64,000 nt of DNA from Macrostomum lignano (taxonomy: Eukaryota), in the NCBI GenBank assembly GCA_002269645.1, contig NIVC01000510.1, positions 29,878-93,877 of the forward strand, given 5' to 3'. Below, piece by piece: positions 30,891 through 42,128 of the stretch; the stretch's first letter is position 1, and the number at the start of each line of letters is the position of its first letter. Both the position numbers and the translations under genes were made by a program. The notes under the pieces were generated by a model. It was not told the origin of the DNA and did no database searches. It saw nothing but the letters and a program-made list of their open reading frames with translations.

Positions 30891-33800
30891 GTGAACTTCA
30901 CTGTTAATCAAATCCGTGGCATGATGGACAACAAGCGGAACATCCGCAACATGTCTGTCATTGCTCACGTGGACCACGGCAAGTCGACCCTGACCGACTC
31001 TCTTCTCTCCAAGGCTGGCATTATCGCCTCGGCCAGAGCTGGCGAGACCAGGTTCACCGACACGCGCAAGGACGAGCAGGAGCGCTGCATTACCATCAAG
31101 TCTACGGCTGTTAGCATGTACTACGAGCTGACTGAGGCCGATGTGAAGTTTGTCAAGACCCTGCAGGAGGTGTCCAAGCGCAGCGATGGAACGGACGAGT
31201 CCGGCTTTCTGATCAACCTGATCGACTCGCCTGGCCACGTGGACTTCAGCTCTGAGGTAAGTTGTTGTCAGGTGACCTTTTGGACAACAAATAGAGGAGA
31301 GTCTCCTGTACACAAAGCCACTATTCGACTAATTTGTACAAGTAAATGACCTTATTTGAACTCTTAGTTCAACACAATTACCTGCACATAGGTGTTGTAG
31401 CCTAGTGTTCAAAGCGTCGGACTCACGACTTAAAGGTCGGGGGTTCGATTCCCGTTTCCACTGGAAACAATTTGTGTCCTTGAGCAAGACACTTAACTCT
31501 GCATTGCTTCAGTTCACCCAGCTGAAAAATTATTAATTATTATTGTTACCTGCACATGATGACCTTATACTGCCCCAGGCTGAAAAATATTTTTATTGAG
31601 GATTCAGTTCTCTGATGCAGGTGAAGTTTTCTGTTTTTTTTGCGGTAGTCTTGAAGAGAATATTGTTTTAGTAATCGGCTATTATTATTGCCTAATTATG
31701 ACGAACAGGTGACCGCCGCTCTGCGCGTCACCGACGGCGCCCTTGTCGTCGTGGACTGCAACTCTGGCGTGTGCGTGCAGACGGAGACGGTGCTTCGGCA
31801 GGCCATCGCCGAGCGCATCAAGCCGGTGCTGTTCATGAACAAGATGGACTGCTCGCTGCTGACGCTCAAGAAGGGCAAGGAGGATCTGTACCAGCAGTTC
31901 CAGCGAGTCGTTGAGAACATCAACGTGATCATCGCCCAGTTCGGCGAGGAGGGCGGCCCGATGGGCAACATCTTCGTGTCGCCGGAGAAGGGCACCGTCG
32001 GCTTCGGCTCGGGCCTGCACGCTTGGGCCTTCACGCTGAAGCAGTTCGCCGAGATCTACGCCTCCAAGTTCAAGATCGAGCCGGAGAAGCTGATGAAGCG
32101 TCTGTGGGGCGACAACTTCTACAACACTGAGACGAGGAAATGGGTGAAGACTCAGGAGAGCGACAAGTGCGTTCGCGGCTTCATCCAGTTTGTGCTGAAC
32201 CCAATCTACCAGGTAAGATATTGATGCGTTTTTTTAGTCGCCTGTTGGTTTATCAGCTCATGCGTGATGACCTTATACTGCCCCAGGCTAATGCAATCAA
32301 TTAAATGCTGCAATTGATGATTCAGTTTGTCTGACCAGAGCTGTAAACCAGTCAGCGCTTTTATCTATAACATCTAAAAAGTATTTTTTACCTGCACATG
32401 ATGACCTTATACTGCCCCAGGCTGAAAATATCTTATTGAGGATTCAGTTCTCTGATGCAGGTGGAAGACTTTTGTTTTTATTGTCACATTTATTTCTCAG
32501 CATTGTCCTTGCTATATACTGTACCATCGATTGTACATTCACCGATTCATTCTACAGATGTTTGACGTTGTGATGGACCAGCCGATCGAGGAGGGCCTGA
32601 AGCTTGCCGAAAAGCTCAACATCAAGCTGGACGCTGAGGAGCGCGAGCTGACCGGCAAACAGCTGCTTAAAGTGATGATGCGCAAGTGGCTCCCAGCTGG
32701 CGACACTCTGCTGCAGATGATTGCCATCCACCTGCCGTCTCCCGTGACCTCCCAGCGCTACCGCATGGAGCTGCTGTACGAGGGACCCCACGATGACGAG
32801 GCCGCCATCGGCATCAAGACCTGCGATCCGAAAGCGCCGCTCATGATGTACATCTCGAAGATGGTGCCGACCTCCGACAAGGGTCGATTCTACGCCTTCG
32901 GTCGGGTGTTCTCCGGAGTTGTGAGCGCCACCAAGGTGCGAATCATGGGCCCCAACTTCGCGCCGGGCAAGAAAGACGACCTGTTTGAGAAGAGCATCCA
33001 GCGCACCATCCTCATGATGGGCCGCTACACCGAGCCTATCGAGGACGTGCCGTGTGGCAACATCTGCGGCCTGGTTGGCGTCGACCAGTTCCTGGTGAAG
33101 ACCGGCACCATCACCACCTACGCCGCTGCGCACAACATGCGCGTCATGAAGTTCAGCGTGTCGCCTGTCGTTCGCGTCGCCGTTGACTGCAAGAATCCGT
33201 CCGACCTGCCGAAGCTGGTCGAGGGTCTGAAGCGCCTGGCCAAGTCCGACCCCATGGTGCAGATCTACAATGAGGAGTCTGGCGAGCACATCATCGCTGG
33301 AGCCGGCGAGCTGCATCTGGAGATCTGTCTGAAGGATCTGGAGGAGGATCACGCCCAGATCCCCATTAAGACTGGCGATCCCGTGGTGTCGTACCGCGAG
33401 ACTGTTACCAACGAGAGCAACCAGGTTTGTTATTTACTTTGCTAGAGTCAGAGAGGCTGCGTGCATCCTGGCGCACTTTAAGTGGCATTGTCGGGCAAAC
33501 CGGCGAGAGGCATTACTGTCCATTATCGCTTGGCATGTACACTTCAGTGTGCTTTTGTGGTTAGCCCTTAAAACGACGTTAATTGCTCAAGCAGACCCAG
33601 GTGTGTTATCCTTTAATTAGCAATAGGAGTTTCCCTAGCACCAGAGTCCTCAGACTAGAAGCCTGTCTTCACCGTCTGACAATGAGATCAGAGACCAGTA
33701 ACCTAGAAAGGCACAGTGCATAGAGTACTATTTGGCCAATTTCACAATCCGGTTGTTGATACTGAATTACAATATTACACTGCAGACGGTGCTGTCCAAG

Positions 33801-35185
33801 TCGCCCAACAAGCACAACCGGCTGTACATGAAGGCTCGTCCGCTAGACGAGGATCTTTCCAAAGACATCGACGATGGCAAAATCGCGCCTAGGCAGGACG
33901 CCAAAGAGCGCGGCCGCATCCTTGCCGACACCTACAACTGGGACGTGACCGAGGCTCGCAAGATCTGGTGCTTTGGCCCGGACACCAACGGCGCTAACCT
34001 GGTTGTCGACGTCACCAAGGGTGTACAGTACCTGGCCGAGATCAAGGACAGCGTTGTGGCCGCATTTCAGTGGGCCACCAAGGAGGGCGTCATGTGCGAC
34101 GAAAACATGCGCGGCTGTCGCTTCGACATCTGCGACGTAACGCTGCACACCGACGCTATCCATCGCGGCGGCGGCCAGATTATCCCGACTGCTCGGCGCT
34201 GCTTCTACGCCGCCGTGCTGACCGCTGAGCCGGCCCTGCTGGAGCCGGTGTATCTGTGTGAGATCCAGTGCCCCGAGAACGCCGTCGGCGGCATCTACGG
34301 CGTGCTGAACCGTCGTCGCGGTGTGGTGTACTCCGAGGAGCAGGTTAATAAAAACAGCTCTTGTTAGCTATCTTCAAGGGTTCGTATGGAAACCTGCCAC
34401 AATGGCCCTTATTTCCCATGAAATTCGCCCTTATATCCCTACAGGAATCACCCTTATATTTCATGGGAATCGCCCTTATATCCCATGGGAATCGCCCTTA
34501 CATCCCATGGGAATCTCCCTTATATTCCTACAGGAATCGCCTTTATATTCCATGGGAATTTCCCTTATATTCCTACAGGAATCGCCCTTACATCCCATGG
34601 GAATTTCCCTTATATTCCTACAGGAATCGCCCTTATATTCCATAGGAATCGCCCTTATATTCCATGGGAATCGCCCTTATATTCCATGGGAATCGCCCTT
34701 ATATTCCATGCGAATCGCCCTTATATTCCATGGGAATCGCCCTTATATTCCATAGGAATCGCCCTTATATTCCATGGGAATCGCCCTTATATTCCATGGG
34801 AATCGCCCTTATATTCCATGGGAATCGCCCTTATATCCGGATTTAATGGCGGATAGTAACAGGAGTTGACCCTAAATTCATGCCATTATTGCAACAGTCA
34901 CTAACAGCAAGCGCCAATCAATCCCGTGAACAGGTGACCGGCACCCCGATGTTTATCGTGAAGGCCCACCTGCCAGTTAACGAGAGCTTCGGCTTCACCT
35001 CGGATCTGCGCCAGGCCACAGGCGGCCAGGCCTTCCCCCAGTGCGTGTTCGACCATTGGCAGGTGATGCCTGGCGACCCGCTGACCGCCGGCACCAAGCC
35101 CAGCCAGATCGTGATAGACACGCGCAAGCGCAAGGGCCTGCAGGAGGGCATCCCGCCGCTGGACCGGTTCCTGGACAAGCTGTGA
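30891..35185 (+). CDS. EEF2: Eukaryotic elongation factor 2 (all coding exons except the ATG exon); 849 aa in total
   Basis: Exons 30891-31256, 31709-32212, 32558-33424, 33786-34343, 34934-35185; all phase 0 and GT-AG. Motifs: [50 protein letters not shown], and the diphthamide loop [16 protein letters not shown]. Confidence 0.98.
31391..31525 (+). mobile_element. SINE copy (tRNA head plus CORE-like part, 3' half missing) with 12-bp target-site duplication
   Basis: Matches the reverse complement of about 11445-11580; followed by an AAAAATTATTAATTATTATTG tail; TTACCTGCACAT occurs at 31378-31389 and 31546-31557. Confidence 0.85.
31548..31622 (+). ncRNA. SNORD31: Box C/D snoRNA, U31/SNORD31/snR67-like, copy 1
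   Basis: Terminal stem ACCTGCA/TGCAGGT; box C ATGATGA (31556); guide CCTTATACTGCCCCAGG; D' CTGA; C' TGAGGA; box D CTGA (31612). The guide pairs with the conserved LSU P-loop CUGGGGCGGUA. Confidence 0.85.
32254..32343 (+). ncRNA. SNORD31: Box C/D snoRNA, U31-like, copy 2 (divergent)
   Basis: Stem CAGCTC/GAGCTG; box C GTGATGA (32264); same guide; D' variant CTAA; C' TGATGA; box D CTGA (32331). Confidence 0.8.
32390..32462 (+). ncRNA. SNORD31: Box C/D snoRNA, U31-like, copy 3
   Basis: Stem ACCTGCA/TGCAGGT; box C ATGATGA (32398); same guide; D' CTGA; box D CTGA (32452); nearly identical to copy 1. Confidence 0.85.
34390..34830. repeat. 22-bp minisatellite (GGGAATCGCCCTTATATTCCAT)
   Basis: Lies in the last eEF2 intron; directly visible. 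Confidence 0.93.
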
Positions 35186-35714
35186 AAAGTTGCGTATTCA
35201 ATTGCGCAACCGGGTTCGTTGGCTAACTTAAAACAGAAACTGAGGGTGTATCGGTTTTTGGCACGAAGGAATCATTGTTAGTTGATTCAGCTCGAGCAAA
35301 GCTGCCGTAATATAAGTCTACGTAAACTTCATGATTTTGTAGTGATAAAATTATCTGACAAAATATTTTTTGAAAAGAAAACAACAGAGAATTAGAACTA
35401 TTTGATGATGCGGCCTTTGTCTCTTGCAAAAAATATTTAACTTTGAGAGGAATATCTTCGGGGTTTGTGGAATCCGCAATGCACATCTTTGTCCCAAATT
35501 TGGCACCGAAAATATGGTTTGTTCTTGTCTCTAAGGCTTCGTTGTTGGGTTGCTCTACTAATATAAAGCTGACGTGATGCAAGGCAAGTTATTGTGGAAA
35601 GAATGATGATTAAAAAAATTATATATTCAATGTTTTTCTGTCTTTGAAACTGTTTTTCTTTTCTCGACCATAACTGACATTTTCATGCATATTTTTATTT
35701 TGCGAAATCAAATC

Positions 35715-36835
35715 AATGTCTTGGCTCCTAAGGACACAAACTTGAGACCTAAGGACACAAACTTGATACCTAAGGGCACAAACTTGATACCTAAGGACAC
35801 AAACTTGAGACCTAAGGGCACAAACTTGACACCTAAGGACACAAACTTGAGACCTAAGGGCACAAACTTGACACCTAAGGACACAAACTTGAGACCTAAG
35901 GGCACAAACTTGACACCTAAGGACACAAACTTGAGACCTAAGGGCACAAACTTGACACCTAAGGACACAAACTTGAGACCTAAGGGTACAAACTTGAGAC
36001 CTAAGGACACAAACGTGTCACCAAATGACACGTAATTTACAAGCCAAGGACACAAACTTGACACCTAAGGACACGCAAGTTTCAAGCCAAGGACACAAAC
36101 TTGACACCTAAGGACACGCAAGTTTCAAGCCAAGGACACAAACTTGACACCTAAGGACACGCAAGTTTCAAGCCAAGGACACAAACTTGACACCTAAGGA
36201 CACGCAAGTTTCAAGCCAAGGACACAAACTTGACACCTAAGGACACGCAAGTTTCAAGCCAAGGACACAAACTTGACACCTAAGGACACGCAAGTTTCAA
36301 GCCAAGGACACAAACTTGACACCTAAGGACACACAAGTTTCAAGCCAAGGACACAAACTTGACACCTAAGGACACGCAAGTTTCAAGCTAAGGACACAAA
36401 CTTGACACCTAAGGACACGCAAGTTTCAAGCCAAGGACACAAACTTGACACCTAAGGACACGCAAGTTTCAAGCCAAGGACACAAACTTGACACCTAAGG
36501 ACACGCAAGTTTCAAGCCAAGGACACAAACTTGACACCTAAGGACACGCAAGTTTCAAGCCAAGGACACAAACTTGACACCTAAGGACACACAAGTTTCA
36601 AGCCAAGGACACAAACTTGACACCTAAGGACACGCAAGTTTCAAGCTAAGGACACAAACTTGACACCTAAGGACACGCAAGTTTCAAGCCAAGGACACAA
36701 ACTTGACACCTAAGGACACACAAGTTTCAAGCCAAGGACACAAACTTGACACCTAAGGACACGCAAGTTTCAAGCTAAGGACACAAACTTGACACCTAAG
36801 GACACGCAAGTTTCAAGCTAAGGACACAAACTTGA
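35715..36835. repeat. 21-bp minisatellite switching to a 43-bp (21+22) higher-order unit
   Basis: (AAGGACACAAACTTGAGACCT)n to about 36010, then (AAGGACACAAACTTGACACCT AAGGACACGCAAGTTTCAAGCC)n with period 43 (36061, 36104). Confidence 0.95.
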
Positions 36836-37532
36836 CTTGCTTAATACTCGATTTGCCTCTGCGCTATTCAATGCTATCGACAAAATTTGGAAGAAAAGTC
36901 GGTTTTAACTTTGTGGAATATCGTGTGCAAACTCTGATCACAACGGGCCAGAATTTGACAACCTCCAAAAATTGTACGTGGTGAGTTTAGAGTTAGTCGC
37001 TCCAAACTTGTGCGTGCATTAGCGGGTTAGAAATCGATCACTTGTATGCAGCCCACGCGCCAGGCCCTTGCCTTTCCTATAGCAAATGTGAGTTGCTGCG
37101 GTGGACTGAGAAACTGTCAGCAGAAGTTTGGTCTAGCTTGGGGAATTGATATGGAAATTTTGGTGTACGCAAATGTATAGTAGCTTAAATGTAGATTGTA
37201 CATGTAATATATACATATATGCTTTTGGGAGCAACGCAAGCTGACACATGTATTAGGCTGCTTGGAACTTCTTTTATATATAGTTTCTAATAATACAAAA
37301 TTCCGTACATGAACGTCTATGCTTATTGCTGCAGTCATGCCGTGACCGCGGCGCGTGTATTAAATTAACTTTTTGGCACAGACGTTTTGACATACACGCG
37401 TGTACTTTAACTGTAATGCTATTGTACTCTTGTCCAAATCTTTCTCATGAAATTTTGCTAAATTTGAGTCTTATTCAAATTACAAGGAGTACAAATATGT
37501 CTATATGTCTATTTATGTACATATGTAGCTTA

Positions 37533-40323
37533 CCCGATCAAAAAAAGTTGGCTTAATTATGTCTTAAAGATGCCTTGCATAAGACAGAAAGATGTCTTCA
37601 AGACATCTTACAATTGACTTAATTCGGTCTAAAAATTGGCTCCTTGCAACACTTGTAGACAACTTAGAGATAACTTAAAGACGTCTTCAGACATCTTCAA
37701 GACATCTTAAAATCTACTTAAAGACATCTTCCAGATGACTTGCAGAAGACGTCTTGCCCAAGATCATTTAAGAAATGCTGTTGCCATTGCAATCACAGTT
37801 GTTTAAAAGAAAAATGACTAAAAATATTACAGCACTCTTTTGTTTCGTTTCAGGCAATATTGATATGAAAGAGAAGCTATTTAGTAGGCTTCTAAACATG
37901 GTTCAATGTAATTTATTATTTATGATTTATATTTTCATTTTATAAAAGGCACAGTTTAAAAGTCACAGAAGCAATAAAATGGTGAATCAAAAACAAGTTA
38001 AAATACACTAAATAAAAATGCAAAAATACTCAAGTGCAAGTGTATAATTTTATAATGCATCATACCCAGTCATTGCATGGAAATACTTGGTTAATGCAAT
38101 AATGACTAAGTTGCTCATTGCTTGGTGGAAAACTTGCTGTAAATTGATCCTTTGCTAGCCAACTACTAGTTTAGAATTGGCTCAATCCAGGAACATTCAA
38201 GATCCAGGTTAGCTTCCACTATGATGGATAGCATGTGTTGATAAGGCTGAAAAGGATAAGTTTAATAAAGGTTATAGTTTATAGGTTGTTCGGCTGAAAT
38301 AATTTGAAATTCATAAGTAAAAAACAAAAAATAATAAATAATAGATTATTTTACTAATCTATTAATATAATACTTTAAAAATCTAATAAATAAATTGCCT
38401 AGGCCCCTACTATATATTCACACAAGTGTATTATACAATAACTTTGCCTTAGGCTTAAATACATAGGCTAAAGCTTAGGGCCTAATCTCAAAGCAAAATA
38501 AAAAGATTAGAATATCAATTTTATATAAAACTTCTAGGCATACCAACTCTATTTATTCTCTATTAGGCCTAATCCAATTTTTGAATGTGATATAGGCCTA
38601 ATAATAAATTATAAGGCTATATCTATTTCTTATTTAAATTTTCATTGGCCTAGCCAAGAAAAAAGCACTAATGACTAGGCCTAATATTCAAAATATTGAT
38701 ATATTGAAAACATCATATATATGCCATTAGCCAATAATAAAGGCAAAGAGGAAGCAACATATAAAGGCCTATAGGCCAAGGTTTTCTTTTTTGCCAGAGA
38801 CAAGGTATAAAAGTGCACTCTAGACTCATTTTTATAGTGCAATTTTAAGGCTCAAAGTGCAATTTCTTATTTTAGGGCAATGCAAATGAGGCTTCAATTC
38901 AAGTTTAATAGAAAAACAGGTTATAAGACTTCCCTAAATTGCAATTTTCAATTTCTGGGTGCAATTTTAAATTAAAAGTGCATATACACACTCTACATAT
39001 AAAAAATAAACCTAGCTATAGGCTCATGGAAATTATTTATTACTTTTGACATAAAAATCAAAACAAAAACTATTTAGGCCTAAGGAAGAAGCTAGGGCCT
39101 ATCTAAGGCTAAGAGGCCTACAACAGAACAAAATAGCCTAATAAGCCAATTCAACAACTATAAAACTTTGACTTTAAAAAGCCAGAAGTAAATAAAACAT
39201 ATATTTTTAGTTTTAGGCCTAGTACATGGGCCTCTAGTTAATGCCTGAATCTTTTAAGGCCTAACTTAAAATGTAAACATGACTATGCATTAGTTAACTA
39301 GTGCTTACTAGTGCTAGGCATAGCAATAGATTTGCAGTAGGCCTAACTAAAAAAACATTGCATCCAAGGTCCAATTTAAAATTGTAATTTTTAAGTCAGG
39401 ATGTTACATAGCATCCCTATTGCCTATTGCATAAAAACATTTCTGGCCAATCTGGGTTTTTTGCTGGCACCTGGCACTAGAATATGAAATACAATCCTAG
39501 AAGCTATCCAAGGAAGAATTAGTAAAAAATACTACTAAGAAGGTCTAATTTGAGGATAGTAGATGTATCATCACGAATAGTAATACACTATCGCATTAAG
39601 TAAAGATAAATCTAGGGTAGGGCTTACACCAGAAATCTATATAGGCTATAGCAGCCAATTAAAAATTGAAACTTATCACAAGAGATAGAAGCAAGTGTTC
39701 GACAATTAGGCGGCCTTCACGGTCACAAGGTTGTCTTTTAGTAGTCCTTTTTAAAAATGTCGTTCCGCCATATTGATTTTAGCTATTTTTAACAAAAGCA
39801 TCACCGATATATATTGCAACTTAGTCTTTTTTAATGCTTAGCTGTTTAGAATTTTGTAAATATATTTGCTCCAATCAAAACTGTTGTAGTTAAACTTTGT
39901 CTCAAAGTTTGTAACGACTCAATACAAAAAATTGCATATAATTGCACTCCAAAAGCGTAAAGGATTTTTAATAATAGGCACACCTTCCACAGACTACAAT
40001 ACAACAAAATTTTTAGATAAATGTCACAATAGTTGCTTGTTTTATTTTTTATTGATTTTTACGATCTGGATAAATTTGTATCTGAAACTTCCTACTTACA
40101 GTAGAAACAGTTGTTTATGTAAATTTTTAGTCTTTAAGGTGATGTCTTAAAGATGTCTTCAACAAGACATCTCATAAAAGTCAATTTCAAGTCATCTTCA
40201 AGACAACTTTATCAAGATAGCTTGTGGAAGCAAAGTGGAAGATATCTTGAAATTGTCTTGAGGTGTCTTTAGCCATCTTAAGACAATTCTAAGACGTCTT
40301 AAGACAACTTCTTTTTGATCGGG
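37533..40323. mobile_element. About 2.8-kb non-autonomous DNA transposon with TA target duplication
   Basis: TA|CCCGATCAAAAAAAGTTG ... CAACTTCTTTTTGATCGGG|TA; subterminal AAGAC/GTCTT repeat fields at both ends; AT-rich interior with no recognisable ORF. Confidence 0.75.
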
Positions 40324-42128
40324 TAATGACTCTTCATGAACAACTGAAGTAGAAAGATGTACGCTACGAGTCGAGTACACATTTTTACAATACCCTATAT
40401 GAGCTGAAATTATAAATAATATCGCCGAAAGACGAGTTTGGTCGAGAAGGATCTGTTCTTCTATTGATAGTATAGTATAGATGCACTAGCAATACGATAG
40501 AATAATGAATAAATACGTTCCTTACCGCGACCTCTCCAGCTCATTTCTAAGATAATCGAGTGTTAAAGCTGTGCCCTGCCACGTCAGTAGTTTATGACAT
40601 CCATTTACGCTCTTACATATAAAATTAAGCATCCAGCCTACAATCGCGGCTTTGCCAAAGCCTACAGGCTTATAGTACATGTATTTCATCATTACATAAC
40701 TTCATCAAATCTATCAAAGCTGAATCTTTGTCTTTAAAGTCGCATAGCGACAAATTATGCATGCGACGGTTACTACTACGTAATTGCATTGTAAAAAATA
40801 TGGGAAAGCGCGAACTAATCCAAAATATACATTATTTCATGTACACCACGTGCCCATCTATATCGTGAAGACAAGTCTCATCTGCATACATTTAGGTTAA
40901 AAAAGATAAAGAATGCTCTCCAATATCTAGGCTTTAATATCTAGTAGGCTTTAATATCTATATAGGTTGGCAGAATGCAGAAGTAAAAACTGGAAAGCAA
41001 AATGGAACGTGTCGGTTGACATGTCGAAAAAGTATAATGGATGGAATTAATTACTGGAATCTTTGACTTAAATAAAAAAATTGTTCCAATGCACCAAAAA
41101 CTTATTTCGAGCTTGCTTAAGTTGAACCTGATTTGTTTTAATAGCACGTTGCTCTAGTTACACACGACAAGGAGTAAACAAAATACAAGTATCGATAATT
41201 TAAACTGTGAGAATTCACTTATTTTTCACTTACTTATGCAGTTGTTTTGCTTGACCTTTCTTGTCAGAAACAAAAATGTCAAACGGAAGAGGCGTTCAAA
41301 CTAAACAGAATGTAATCTTGAGATTGTGTATGCTAATGTCACTTTGTGGCGCAAGTATTTCCTAAACTGCAATAATTATTATTTAATGAAATTTTATTAC
41401 GCTTCTATTAATAAATGAGCTGGTCCATGTGTTACATGTTAAATTTACGTAAGTAACAAGAAATAACAGAGGTATAGATAGCGCTCTATAGTGTAAGAAC
41501 TGTAGAGATTATAAAAAACATGCTATAAACTATAACTTAGCTGCTAGCTAAAGTAAGCCTAGAAAATTTATAAAATAGCTTACCTAATGCTTTAAATTTA
41601 TGAATAAACCGAGTCCTACATGCAGGTCCTATTTCCGAAAAGAAAGAATTTTACTTTCTTTTTTTGTGTTATTAATTATATACATTGATGGTTTTTTATA
41701 TATCCATTTAATTTTTCAATTAAACTCCTTACAAAATTGCCTCACTCCATATCATATAATTTTCCTATTGTCTTGTTTACTTTGTATTTTTTCAAGTAGA
41801 CATTATTTAAGGAGATTTGAAAACTATAGCAATAACTGACCCCGAATTGAATTTAGTTAGTCTTATTATTTTAATCTCGTAATTAAACAAAGTGTCAGTG
41901 TAATATTTTTGTATTCTAGTCTAGACGAAGATGAACGTTTTTTATTTTCTAAATCTGAAAGTGTTCAAAACAATACTCGAAATAATGATTTATAAATGTC
42001 AGATTAATGCTTTGACAGGTTTATTGAGGTTATTGATTATCTAAATATATTGAATTATGCCACTATTACAAGCTTTGATTAATTGGTTTTCAGCTAAGCA
42101 TCATTTTCCAATTCCTAAAAATAGAACC

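Noticed and set aside
33430-33780. Additional snoRNA in the eEF2 intron 33425-33785
   Set aside because: Some short stems exist, but I found no convincing box set by eye; a covariance search is needed.
30855-35201. Antisense ORFs over eEF2 (e.g. 32552-33352)
   Set aside because: These are shadow frames caused by strong GC3 codon bias.
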